Assembly: GCF_006345805.1 (NCBI RefSeq)
Contig: NC_043008.1
Coordinates: 63,178,001 to 63,242,000, forward strand
DNA from: Octopus sinensis
Taxonomy: Eukaryota
DNA: 64,000 nucleotides
Direction of reading: 5' to 3'
The position numbers were made by a program, and so were the translations under genes. The notes under the pieces were generated by a model. It had not been told where the DNA came from, searched no databases, and saw only the letters and a program-made list of their open reading frames with translations. Positions 50,763 to 64,000 of this stretch are shown piece after piece (the first letter of the stretch is position 1; each line of letters opens with the position of its first letter).

Positions 50763-52082
50763 TTTTAATTGTGTACTTCCATGATGACATGCAAAATGTT
50801 AAAAAAAATAAATACATGTCAATACTTCAGTAACAAGATATTTCCAATAAAGCAAAAAGTGTTGAGAAATATTTTTAAGGAATCAATAGTTCTCATTGTG
50901 GCCTGAATCCATTCCTTAAAGAGCTGAATTTAAACTGCATCACAAACAAGTAATATGATTTCCCAAGCACTACTGTATGATCTGTAATCATTGATATTGT
51001 TTTCCTAAGTTTAAGCTGTCATTACAGCTGATGTTTAACCCCAGGTTAGCCTTGATGAGCATATCTTTAAAGTGTTCAAAATTCTTGTCTTTTTTTTTTT
51101 AGGTCTATCATATCAGGACTGATATTATCAAACATATCCTTCTTATTATCTTTAAGACATTGTCTGTGATATGAAGAAATTAGTTGTTATTTCTTGTAAG
51201 TTATTCAACCACAAAGAGGCTTCCTTTATTAAATGAACAAATCATAGGGAATATATTTGATAAACATTTAGAAATATTTAATTCAGAGATGATATCAACT
51301 TGTATTCTTCCTTATGTCATAATGAAGCAGTAGATCATTGATTAGCTTGTTTCCTCCGTCTTTGACATAATACATTCTACAAGGCTATTGTTAATGAATG
51401 TATATTATAAAAGAAAAGCATCTTCATTTCACTAATGACTCAGTCATTAATATTTTTGTATTTATCATTATTATTAGCATTTTATTCTCATTAATTTTAG
51501 TTTGATAATTTCTTTTATATGAGAAAATCTGATGAGACGTAAATATATTCAATAACTCTAAGCCCAATATATATATTTGTGATGCTGGTTATTACTTCTA
51601 AATTACATTCAATTTGCAAACAACTTTTTTTCTTTAACAAGAGAAATCTATTTAATATTGAAATCTCCTGAATTTAAGTTCGTTGAACTCATTACATAAT
51701 ATTTTCCATTATTTGATATTCATCAACATGATGACAGTCACCCAAGAGCACACACATACACATAAACACTCACACGTGTTCACATGTATAATTCAGCTAT
51801 AATAATACCACTGTCATCCATTTCATTCAAGTTATGAAACCAAGAAGTCTTAGAATGTTAATGAATTTGATGAATGCCCTTTTGTTTTGGATGTTGGACT
51901 ATCAGTTGTTACATCATGGAGTTCATCTTTAGACTGGTCAATACATTGTGTTCTCCAAAAGACATTTAATGCATTTAAGAATTTTATTGTTCTAAACTAA
52001 ACACAAAGTACTGTTACATATGACAAAAAAACATTAATACAAAACTTGAACATAACTATAGTTTCAATGTAACATGTCTGAA

Positions 52083-52318
52083 GGGTGGTGAGCTGGCAGA
52101 ATCTTTTGGACACTGGGCGAAATGCTTAGTGGTATTTCGGCTGTAGTCACGTTCTAAGTTCAAATTCCACTGAGGTCAACTTTGCCTTTCATCCTTTTGG
52201 GAGTCGATTAAAGAAGTACCAGTTATGCACTGGGATCGATGTAATCGACTTAATCCCTTTGTCTGTCCTTGTTTGTCCCCTCTATGTTTAGCCTCCCTGT
52301 GGGCAATATAGAAATAAA
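52083..52318 (+). mobile_element. SINE-A long-tail
   Basis: Family match; partial TSD TAACATGTYTGAA. Confidence 0.9.
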
Positions 52319-52369
52319 TATAACTATAACATGTTTGAAAGAAAAGCTGTTCTCAGTACATATGTGTAA

Positions 52370-53092
52370 GGGAAGGTACCCCCAAAGTAACCAGAAACAT
52401 TCTCTGTGGGACAAGCCCATTGTGGTTCAGGATTCTGCCACTAGAAGCCACTTTATGCTATCCTCAGACATCAATCTGACCACCAACATCATTCAGTGAA
52501 GTCATACTGCCACATGGTGTATCTTTGTTTTGCAGTGCTTCTCCCCTGTTTGTTGATTTTTGCGATGGTTGAAATGAAGGAATAGCATGCTTCCATGCAA
52601 TTCTGTTTTCTGCTGGAGAAAATGGTGGCTAAAACAGCTGTCATGCTTCATACAGCTTACAAGGACACAGCTATGAGTGAAACACTAATTTTTTAGTGGT
52701 TTTCAAACTTTAGAAATGGTCACTTGTTGCTTGAAGACCAACCTCATTCAGAGTGACCATCAATCTCCTGAACAAAGGAAAACATTGCAAAAATTCATGA
52801 ACTGATAGTGGAGGACAATTGCTGAACAATTGAAAAACTTGTTAATATGACTGGTTTGTCCTGGAGCTCCTGCCAATCAACATTTAGTGAGGAATTGTGA
52901 ATGAAAAGAGTTTCAACAAAATCCGTGCCTTGCTTGCTCACAGAAGATCAAAAGCAGTCACTACTGAATGCATATCATGAAATGAAAGAACAGTGGAAAT
53001 TTGATCCGGCCCTTTTTTTAAGGTCATGACTGGTGACAAAAGCTTATGCTACAGAATTTGCAGATGTGGAAGAGATGAAGAAAAAATGACCG
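52370..53092 (+). mobile_element. Decayed, internally deleted mariner (second family)
   Basis: MVEMKE, VMLHTAYKD, KSVPCLLTEDQK, VMTGDKS, then a jump to FADVEEMKKK. Confidence 0.83.
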
Positions 53093-53420
53093 TGGCACAG
53101 GAGTGGCTGTATGTTAAGTAGCTTGTTTACCAACCACATAAGTAAGGGACTTATTTTATCAGTTCCAATTGTTGAACTGCTAGGCTATGAGGATGTTAAT
53201 AAACCAACACTGGTTGTCAAGCACACACACACACGCGCACACACACACACATAAACAACTAGCTTTTACACAGTTTGCATCTACCATAGCTACTCACAAG
53301 GATTTAGTCAGCCCAGGGTTGCAGCAGAAGACACTTGGCCAAGACACCATGTATTGGTGCTGAACAAGGTATCATGTGGCTGGAAAGCAAAATTTTCACT
53401 ACGTAACCATGCCTACACTT
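53093..53420. mobile_element. SINE-B head (+) abutting an old SINE-B (-)
   Basis: Head at 53093-53140, then a reverse-complement body. Confidence 0.7.
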
Positions 53421-53773
53421 GTTGTGTAGAAGAATTCAAAAAATAATATTATCTTGTGAACTTACATCTAAGCTGATAAATTCCTACCAGGCCTCTTGGG
53501 AAAATCTAAACTAAAATTTGTTTCTTGCCTATAGGCCCATTCAATTGAAGTTTATCTTTATTTCCTTGGAATTTAAATGACTGTATAAAAGTGCTCAGGT
53601 GAATGGGGCACCAGTCTTTTACAGAGTTAACTCTTCAGTTATCTATCACAAGTACACATATTCAGATTTGGCTGAATTAATCTGTATATAAAAAAGGCAG
53701 CATGTGTGTGTGTGTGTGTGTACGTGAATGTAATTTATGTACATCCACAATTTTAGGAGGACATTCGTCATGA

Positions 53774-54098
53774 TCCTAGCTATATTTTCATCAACTTAAT
53801 TTTTCCCAGAGGCACCAGCGAATAGCAGTAAAAATTAATTTTTGACCAAAATTTTTAACAATTTTCAAGTCGAAGAAATCACCCTTGTTTGCAAACAGAA
53901 ATTAAGTCCCCTTCTAGCGATGAGTAAGTTTTTGTTAAGACTTTGTTGTTTTTTTCCATTGAGGAAAAAAGTGTTTTATTGATATATGGGCAACACACGA
54001 ACTTGTATGCGTACAAAAAACATGTATGCAATAGGTGTACATGCATACGTGTGAGTATGTGTGTTTGTGTGTGTGTGTGTGTGTGTGAGTGTGTTGCC

Positions 54099-54139
<41 letters not shown>

Positions 54140-54268
54140 ATTTAGACCAATTTCAACGGACTTCACCCAAATTTGACATCGATGTTACTTAGTTTGGTTT
54201 GAAATAAAGAACTTGATTAGCTCAATAATCCTAGCTTAATCTCGAGCAAAGCCGGGTTATACTGGTAG
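53774..54268 (+). mobile_element. Possible non-autonomous Helitron-like element with internal microsatellite
   Basis: Ends in imperfect hairpin CTCGAGC-AAA-GCCGGG, 8 nt, GTAG|T; left boundary guessed. Confidence 0.3.
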
Positions 54269-54859
54269 TATGAAATAAAATTCCTAGCTCAAGGACACAA
54301 CACTCTACTCTACTCTGTCCAAAAGCAAAATGCCATTCCTTAATAAGCAAGGGCCTGATGCTGATAACACAAGCCCAGGCATCCTTACTTTGGAAGAAGG
54401 TGATATCCAAGATTTGAATTCTTACATGAAGACTGTAACAACAGAGATCACCACATAAGATTGTGCTGCTATGAAATACCCAGTAGTAGAGAGATAATAA
54501 AATACGAGGCCATTGCTTATATGAACATTTCAATACATACTACAAATGTGGCCACCATGAGTCTCTTCACAAAACACTTGATTCTACGTAGCTCTGACTA
54601 TTTGACTTCCTTTCTAAGTTCATTCACAGTTGAGTGATTCATGATAACCAGGCCATCCAACTGTAAAAACAGTTGCTTCAAAATTATGCAAATATCCAAA
54701 TTTGCAAAACACACTGTCTCTCTCTTTTATTCTTGCACTGTCTCCCATCTCATTTCGTATCAGCATGAAAAAAACTGAATGTGGAACAGTCAATTGTGTA
54801 TACACAGATATATTCACATATGTATGTACATTTTTCCATATGTTTGTATGAGTGCGTGA

Positions 54860-55400
<541 letters not shown>

Positions 55401-55809
55401 GTGTGCATCTACGTATGCATGCCTGTCTGTATGTATATCGATGAAAAACAAATTGAAAAAGCAGGAAACAGCATAAAATAGTAAACCTGACTTAGAGGTA
55501 TAGTGAGTGAAAGCAGTATTTTATATAATGGGATCAATACATATATTGTGATTGAACTAGGATGAAGAAGACACTACTGATGTTATGCATGAAGCTTAAA
55601 AATTTCTGGTTTTTTTATTTTTCATTATTTGTATGTTTTTTGTAAATTTTTTTTGATTTTTTTTTTTGTTTTTTGTTTTATTTGGTTTTATTTTTATCTA
55701 ATATATAAACTTATAGTAACAATTTTTATGAACTGATGCAAATCAATACTCGATCTGGAAAGTTTAGGAAATTAAGTAGTTTAAATTTTCAATCAATAAA
55801 AACTCAATA

Positions 55810-56010
55810 TCCCCATCACCATCACCATCCCCATCATCATCATCATCACCATCATCAACACTATCACCATCATCGTTGTCATCATCATCATCATCGTCTC
55901 CATCATCACCGTCATCATCATCATCATTGACATTGTGGTCGTCACCGTCGTCATCGTAGTTGATGTTCTTCTTATTCTTGTTCTGGATGTTGTGTTTATT
56001 ACAGTTGTTG
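55810..56010. repeat. Degenerate (CAT)n/(GTT)n triplet array
   Basis: Directly visible. Confidence 0.9.
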
Positions 56011-56359
56011 TTGTTGGTGTTGTGCACCTTACTCTATCTCTCTGTTACAATTTTTATATAGTTTTATTCTCTCCTAACCTATATTTTATTGTATTCCATT
56101 TACTCCGATTTCGATAGAATGGTTCCTTAGATCTCCCAATCTCCTCCATCTCCATCCTGACACACACTCACACACACACTCTCTCTCCTTCGGTTTCTCT
56201 CTCTCTCTATCTTTCATGCACACATAGATAAACACGTACTTATCTATTTTTGGGGTTATATTTGGCCATCTCTAAAAATTTCTAATTTTAGTGCTAATTT
56301 GTAAATGACAATATGTATTACAGGAGGGTTTATCATCTGAGTGAATCATAGAAAAATTG

Positions 56360-56596
<237 letters not shown>

Positions 56597-56727
56597 ATCC
56601 TTTCTACTATAGACATAAGGTCTGAAATTTTGTGGTGGGGAGATAAGTTGATTACTTCAACCTCAGTGTGTAACTGGTACTTAATTTACTGAACCTGAAA
56701 GGTTGAAATGCAAAGCCGATCTCGGCA

Positions 56728-56784
<57 letters not shown>

Positions 56785-56825
56785 TTATTATTATTATTAT
56801 TATTAGAGTGATGTTGATGATGCTG

Positions 56826-57220
56826 ATGATACAGAAGCGAGACAAATGCTGTCAGATCTTTGATGCAGCCATACCAAATGATATGAATGTTGTGAGTAAA
56901 GAGAATGAAAAAATCCCCAAGTACTCTGAATTGAAAGTGGAAATGGTAAGACTGTGTGGAATGTTAGAGAGTAATGTAAAAATGATACCAGTGGTGGTCA
57001 GAGCATTGAGCTCAATCCCATTGAAACTACAAAACTTCTTAAGGCAACTGGAAATCCCATGCAACATTGATGTCTTGCAAAAAGCAGCCTTATTAGGCAC
57101 AGTGCACATCTTAAGGAAAGTATTATCTGTCTGAGGTCCTTGTTGTGACTTGACAGATGACTAAGGACTCCGGTACATTTTTACCTACATTGCATTATGA
57201 AGGAATAATAATAATAATAA
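56826..57220 (+). mobile_element. R4/Dong-like LINE 3' end with (TAA)n tail
   Basis: IFDAAIP...KYSELKVE...IPVVVRALSSIP...LQKAALLGTVHILRKVLSV*. Confidence 0.85.
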
Positions 57221-57239
57221 TATTCTTCTCAATATCACA

Positions 57240-57680
57240 GATTTGCTTGCCAGTTGTTTGACCATAACCAGTTGAACATGTCTCTTAGTGGCTAACGATA
57301 TGTGCATCTCTGATCACAAGCAGAAGTAGTGGGAGAGTATCATAGCCGTGTGTTGAGAAGAATTCTTTGGGATTTGGATAATTCACTTTTGGAAACATGG
57401 ACGTTATTCAGGAACCTTTTGAGCAGGATGAGCTACTCCAGCTGAACAAAATTCTACCTGCGCTGCACCTGTAAGGTCATGCACTGTTTATCTTGGTATG
57501 AGATTACCATGTCGCGCACCTATATTTGGGATGCATGTGCCTGGTGTATCCTTATCAAATGGGTAGTCATGATGGGTATACTGGGCTTCATATATTTTAC
57601 CCCAGTGTTACTTTGATAGTATGCACTGCTTGCTCACTCAATAATAATAATAACAATAATGATAATAACAATGACAATAA
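57240..57680 (+). mobile_element. Unclassified repeat-like block with (TAA)n tail
   Basis: GC-richer block ending abruptly in (TAA)n; no second copy in the window. Confidence 0.4.
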
Positions 57681-57682
57681 CA

Positions 57683-57888
57683 ATGGTTTCAAATTTTGGC
57701 ACAAAGCTGGCAATTTTGGAGAGTGGAGTAAGTTCAATGTATCGACCTCAGTACTCTGCTGGTACTTATTTTATCGACCCTAAAAGGGTGAAATGTAAAG
57801 TTGACCTTGGCGGAAATTGAACTCCGAATCTGAAGACCGACAAAATGCCACTAACCATTATTTTGCCCAGCGTGCTAACAATTCTGCA
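57683..57888 (-). mobile_element. SINE-A short-tail
   Basis: Family match. Confidence 0.82.
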
Positions 57889-57889
57889 A

Positions 57890-58006
57890 TGATAGCAATG
57901 ATAATGATGGTGATGGTGATGGTGATGTTCATGATGACGATGATGAAGATGATGATGACGATGATGATGATGGTGGTGGTGGTGGTGGTGGTGGTGGTGG
58001 TGGTGG

Positions 58007-58047
<41 letters not shown>

Positions 58048-58098
58048 TTGATGATGGTGATGATGATGATGATGATGATGATGAAGAAGAAGAAGAAT
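57890..58098. repeat. (GAT)n/(GGT)n/(GAA)n array
   Basis: Directly visible. Confidence 0.95.
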
Positions 58099-58758
58099 CC
58101 ATGTTAAATATTTCTAAAAATTATCTTTTGATGGTGGAGGTTATCTTACTTATTTATCAACTGTGAATTAATCAAAGTGATCTTATTTCTAGATTACGAG
58201 GGAAGGTATTGAATATCCTAGAGAACATGATTTCTATTTTGCAATGAATGAGTTTTACATAAATACTTTTTTGGGTTTTTTTTCTAAAATTATAATGTAT
58301 CACTCCTAAATGAAAACAGAGATGTGATATTTTAACACTGAAACATTCTTATGTTCTCGTCTACTCCCCACTATCTCTCTCTATTTCATTCTGTTACCAA
58401 CCTCTGCTAACACAGACTTATGTCCATATACACATATACGAAATTGCATAAAATATCCTAGCAATAAAGCAAAGCGTAATCTAATATATAAGCCATGGAT
58501 TATCAATGAAATTGATTTCAATGACAAATAGACTTACAAAAGACAGGATGTCTAAAAGATAAATAAAAATAGACTAAATTGTGTCTGATTCTAAAATATT
58601 TTATTCATATCAATGAACAAAGAAATATACATGTATACATACATATATGTACGTGGATATATATATATATATGTATGTATGTATGTATGTATATATGTAT
58701 ATCTACGCATATATATATATCTGCATTTGTATGCATATATACGTATGTACATAAGTGC

Positions 58759-58816
<58 letters not shown>

Positions 58817-58994
58817 CGAGAGTGAGAGCGAAACGATAGTGAGGGAGAGAGAGTGATATAGAGACTTGTACATTTATAAATATACATACAAATACATATG
58901 TATACGTGTATGTATATATGCAAGTATATATATATATGTATGTATGTGTGTATATATATGAATGTGTTTGTGGTTGTTCTTGTACACATATATA

Positions 58995-59004
58995 GATAGA
59001 TAGG

Positions 59005-59064
<60 letters not shown>
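58995..59064. repeat. (GATA)n microsatellite
   Basis: Directly visible. Confidence 0.97.
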
Positions 59065-59065
<1 letters not shown>

Positions 59066-59067
59066 CT

Positions 59068-59945
59068 TTAAATCTTAAATTTTTTCAGCTCCAAAGCTGT
59101 GGTCATGCTGGAGCACCAATGCTGACTATGCTACACCATTATCTGAAATCTCCTCTGATATGTGGCATTTGGTGAATGAGGAAGTTTAGTGTCGCTGCGC
59201 TCATCTCTGTTTCCTGCCATGAGATAGTCTCATCTGGAACCCTTGATAGGAGGAGACCCAGTTTTGTTTCGAAAACACCTACATCCATAAGAGGAGACCT
59301 AGTTTTGTTTCGAAAACACCTACATCCACACCATGCTGGTCTCTCAGGCATTTTGGAAGGATATTGAAGAACTGTGAGACCTTGCAACCCAAACTATTGC
59401 AGTATCTGGTCCTGTATTTTTATGGAGATGAAGGAATCTTTGGCACTATGCAGTGACACCCTATTCAGCTGTTTGTGTAACTTTCAATGCCAATGTTTAG
59501 TACAAGGCCTTCCATGATTTTCCAAATGTATATCACTGCATCTCTATCCTGCCTTCATTCAAGGGAGAAGAGTTTTAATTCTTTCAGTCTTTCCTAATAG
59601 CTGGTATATTGCATTGAGATGGTTTTCTTTGTGTTGCTTTGATGGATTGATTTGAGTTCTGCCATGAATTGTGTGTTGGGAGCAGTAGTCTAAGTGGCTG
59701 AGGGTGTATGCCCCCAAAGCACCATCATTGTCTCTTTTACTCTTGTTGTGAAAGTTCAGAGGATCCATCCAGCTAGCCATCTGCATTTTATTACCAAATT
59801 GGTAATATGCACTTGGAAAGATGCACCATTGCTCATGTCATTGCCCAGGATCACTTCATGTATTTTCATGATGTTTTCATTCATTCAGGGGTCAACAGTC
59901 GCCCTGAATGAAGTTTGCCTTCAAGTGATAAATGACCGTTCCTAA
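59068..59945 (-). mobile_element. Decayed CR1/L2-group LINE 3' part
   Basis: LSHLDYCSQ, ERLKELKLFSLE, YIWKIMEGLV, VGVFETKLGLLLSRVPDE; 41-bp tandem duplication at 59251-59328. Confidence 0.85.
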
Positions 59946-60030
59946 AGTGTGAAAAAAACTTGTAAGCTTGTTTTGCTCACAGCAGCAACCTTGTAAGCTG
60001 TTTGAAGCATGACAATTGTTTTGGTGTGAG
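59946..60030 (-). mobile_element. Mariner N-terminal fragment
   Basis: KTIVMLQTAYKVAAVSKT, related to the 52370-53092 family. Confidence 0.65.
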
Positions 60031-60049
60031 CATTATGTACATGTGTATG

Positions 60050-60225
60050 TGCATGTGTGTCTGTGTGTGCATGTGTGCGTGTGTGTGTATGTGTGTGTGT
60101 GTCTTTGTGTCTGTGTGTTCCACCCAACACCACTTGAAAACTAGTGGTGCTGTGTTTATGTCCCCACAACTTAGCTGATCAGCAAAAAAGACTGATGGAA
60201 TAAGTAACAGGCTTAATACATATAT
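60050..60225 (+). mobile_element. SINE-B 3' half fragment
   Basis: Diverged family match. Confidence 0.7.
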
Positions 60226-60862
60226 ATAATACATACATAGATACATACACACACACACACACACCATATATTTATATCCACACTGCCATATGTAGGTATA
60301 TAAGAGACATGTATATAAATGTATGTTAGTGTGTGTGCATTTGAATTTATCATTGAAATACATGATGTATAAACAGGCAACACCATCATACAATTCATGT
60401 TATTTGTCTAAGTTATCTCAAGAGATTTCTTATAGAATTTAGAGCCAGCACTGAAAGTTACAATGTTTTGTAGACGAATACATCTACGTAAACAATACCC
60501 CATATGTACTTAATATGTCAATTAGTTTATCCTGTAGTGCTAAAACACTAAATTTGGTGGCTATTTATGCAAAGTGTTTTTGGCATAGAAACAATACCAC
60601 AACAGATTGTTGGAGTCTGAACGGTTCCCTGCTGGTCAGCACCATGTCAAACCATCCAAATTATGCCACCATGGAAAGTGGAGGCTAAATGATGATGACG
60701 TTCGTGGATAGTTAATGGGTTGGATATATTCGTATATGAAACATTGTAACTTTTAGTATTGGTTCTAAATTCTATTGAAAATCTGTAGAGATAAACTTCA
60801 AAGTGATTCTGTCACAGAAAAATAGAACACAGGTTTGAGTTATAAACCATTAAAATGCTTAG

Positions 60863-61432
60863 TATTGGGTTGTCTGGAAAGTTTGGGTTGATTTATAGTA
60901 GCTTACATTTCAACTTATTTTAGAACATGGTTGAGTCCGTAAAATAGGATTTGACTACAACTCCATTTAGAGCACAGTTTAAGCTATCTTTTCGTGGAAG
61001 AAGGTTTATGTTCCTATAACCTGTGTTAATTATGTAACCCTTTAAAATGGAAGATAAGAAGGTTCATTTTCAGCACTTGATGCTTTGGGAGCCAGACAAA
61101 AATTACTGCAGCTCAGCTGGGATATGTCACCCCACCCTCCATATTCACTAGATATTGCTCCTTCAGATTTCCACTTATTCAGATCTCTGCAGAATAGTCT
61201 TAATGGTAAAATTGTCAATTCCTTGGATGATGTAAAAAGTTACCTTGATGAATTCTTTGCCCTGAAACCACCTCAGTTCTGGGAAGAGGGTATTTTCAAG
61301 TTAAAGGAAGGATGGAGATGTATTGTGCAACAAAATGGTTCGTATTTGGTTGACTAAAAATGTAATGGCAAGTATTTATTGACCTTTTTCTTTCCTTTAA
61401 AAATCGGCACGAACTTTCCGGACAACCCAATA
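60863..61432 (+). mobile_element. Internally deleted mariner with both TIRs (third family)
   Basis: TATTGGGTTGTCYGGAAAGTT TIRs; MEDKKVHFQHLML joined out of frame to GARQKLLQL..PPYSLDIAPSDFHLFRSLQN. Confidence 0.93.
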
Positions 61433-62189
61433 GTATAGCAATTAGTGTTCCTCTCGTGTATTACATATTTGCATGTGAGTGTAGTTGAGCAGTTGGTATA
61501 TTAAAAAGAATGTGTTATAAAATATATATATATATACACAACCATAAGATATTAAAACCAAAGAAATTGAGTGAACCATTCTCACCAATGTTTGTTTCTT
61601 TTATAATTCTTTGTTTACTTACCTTCTCACTAAATCTACAAATATTTTGCCGAAAACTTGCAGAAGAAAAGCCATGCAAGTAAACTTATAATAAGTATTA
61701 CTTACATCAAAGACATCTTCATTCTCTCTTAATTCCCTCCTTTGTTGTTTGGCTGGAACATTTCAAAATAACATTGATTAAATTCAAAAATCTACTGTTC
61801 ATTTTTGTTTTAAATTAACTGCTTACTATCAAAGTTATATTAATAGAATTGAATTCAATTCCTCACTCCTCCACCTCCAACGCTATCCCTTAAGTGATTG
61901 ACAAAATCCTTCATCGTAATATAATTCAAAATTTTTATTTTCTACAAACATGGAATTTTATTTTCAATTTTCTATTTTTTATTTATTTTATTTTATTATA
62001 TATTTATTTGTTTATTTATTTACTTATTTTGCATATGAATCATCTTGTTATTGGAAGTTGCATTATTTGCTATTTGGATTAAGATCACTAAGCTAGAACT
62101 GATACATAACTGTAAAATTATGTACAATATATATGTAAATATATATTAAACGTATACAAATATTTACTAACATTAAAGTGTCAAACCGA

Positions 62190-62368
62190 CAGAATCACTA
62201 TCATGCTGGGTGGAATGCTTAGTGGCATCACATCCATCCTTACATTCTGAGTTCAAATACCATTGACGTCGACTTTGATTTTCAGCCTTTCAGGGTCGAT
62301 AAAATAGCAACTAGTTGAACTCTGGGGTCAATGTAATCGACTTACCCTCTTCCCAGACTTGCTGGCCT
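62190..62368 (+). mobile_element. SINE-A short-tail, split by SINE-B
   Basis: Tail ctggcctt resumes as gtgc after 62760. Confidence 0.8.
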
Positions 62369-62760
62369 TACTCTTTTACTCTTTTACTTGTTTCAGTCAT
62401 TTGACTGCGGCCATGATGGAGCACCGCCTTTAGTTGAGCAAATCGACCCCAGGATTTATTCTTTGTAAACCTAGTACTTATTCTATCTGTCTCTTTTGCC
62501 AAACTGCTAAGTTACGGGGACGTAAACACACCACCATTGGTTGTCAAGCGATGGTGAGGGGGCAAACACAGACACACAAACACATGCACAAACATACATA
62601 CATATATACATATACACGATGGGCTTCCTTCAGTTTCCATCTACCAAATCCAATCACAAGGCTTTGGTCAGCCTTGTCCAAGGTGCCATGTAGTGGGATT
62701 GAACCCGGAACTATGTGGTTGGTAAGCAAGCTACTTACCACACAGCCACTCCTACGCCTT
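62369..62760 (-). mobile_element. SINE-B
   Basis: Family match. Confidence 0.92.
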
Positions 62761-62784
62761 GTGCAACAATATTTAGCAACATTA

Positions 62785-63005
62785 AGGTAGTGAACTGGCA
62801 GTAGAATTAGCATGCCATGCAAAAATGTTTAGCGGCATTTCATCCATCATTATGTCCTGAGTTCAAATTCCGCCAAGTTCAGCTTTGCCTTTCATCCTTT
62901 TGAAATCAATAAAATAGGTACCAGTTCCACTCTGGGGTCGATTTGATCAGCTTATCCACTCCACCAAAATTTCTGGCCTTGCACCAAGATTCGCAATCAA
63001 TATTT
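62785..63005 (+). mobile_element. SINE-A short-tail
   Basis: Family match. Confidence 0.82.
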
Positions 63006-63371
63006 AGCAACATGCTTCAGAAACAATTTATAAATAGATTGCATTTATATCTTCAATGAAATGTAATAGTTTGTAGAGAGCAATTTTATTTACAAAATGG
63101 ACACTTTACGCAGATTTTATAAAAAGAATATCACACTTGGATTGGATTATTTATTTATGAAATCATCATTCATGTTGAAATGGTATTTCATATGTAGATA
63201 TATTCAAAGATTGAAACGGAATTAAATACTACTTAACAGATTGAAAACCAATTACATTTCTTCAATTGATTCCAAACTTTACTATACAACTTGGTTAATC
63301 ATTTAGACACTTTTATTTATATTTCATTATTATAATCATCAACATCATCATCATCATCATCCATCATCATC

Positions 63372-63419
<48 letters not shown>

Positions 63420-63443
<24 letters not shown>

Positions 63444-63945
63444 TTAAACTAAAATATGATCCGTTGTCTTCTGCTGAACCGGGGTCATCCCTTGACCTGA
63501 GGGTCAACAGCAGGTCCTCATCACATGGAGAGTACATGGTGTAAAATGTGTGCAGAACCTAGCAACACTATTTTCTGAAGTTCTCCCACGTTAAAACTGC
63601 AAGGGAGTTTGTTGAGTTGCTTATCAAAGCCCTTTTAATTAGCCCTAACGCTCCAATCACCACTAGTGCTTGTGCTGCTTTTCATTACCCACATCTTGGT
63701 CACTTCTATTTCTAAGTCTTTGTACTTAAATAACTTCTCAACTTCTTTAATGGACACATTTCTCTCTGATGGTACTGTCACATCTATCATTAAGCATTTC
63801 TTATTCTTCTCATCTTTGATCATTATATCTGGCCTGTTTGCCTTGATTTCTTTATCGGTGTTGATTGGCATGTCCCAGAGTACTGTTACATGATCCTTTC
63901 TCATCACAGCTTCAGGTTTATGCTGGTACCATCTTTCTGAAAGAT
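63420..63945 (-). mobile_element. R4/Dong-like LINE 3' end with (TAA)n tail
   Basis: WYQHKPEAV..VLWDMPINTDKEIKANRPDI..IDVTVP (PD-(D/E)xK-type endonuclease); stop at 63521-63523; the same 3' end restarts at 63946-64000. Confidence 0.9.
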
Positions 63946-64000
63946 TATTATTATTATTATTATTATTATTTATTATTATTATTTTAAACTAAAATATGAT

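Overview
AT-rich, repeat-saturated eukaryotic DNA, most likely from an octopus or related coleoid cephalopod. This is an inference from SINE families resembling the tRNA-derived octopus SINEs and from the very high microsatellite load. I find no intact protein-coding gene, tRNA/rRNA gene or CRISPR array; most ORF-track entries are microsatellite or transposon artefacts. The window contains three tRNA-derived SINE families (my labels A, B, C), RTE 3'-end copies (D), decayed LINEs (RTE, CR1/L2-like, R4/Dong-like, CRE-like, L1/Tx1-like ORF1), Tc1/mariner relics, piggyBac-like MITEs, Penelope-like ends and long compound microsatellites. Most notable: (1) a 388-bp spacerless palindrome (45818-46205) between a Penelope-like inverted repeat carrying a hammerhead-ribozyme motif and a Helitron-like hairpin+CTAG end; (2) an ORF1-only L1/Tx1-like element whose 3' tail matches the long tail of SINE-A; (3) a CR1/L2-like LINE whose tail matches SINE-B; (4) SINE-A concatemers; (5) (TAA)n-tailed R4/Dong-like LINEs, one apparently tandem. 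Several exon-like islands have good splice signals, but no gene model could be supported. All alignments and translations were done by hand; boundaries not fixed by a TSD or TIR are approximate.
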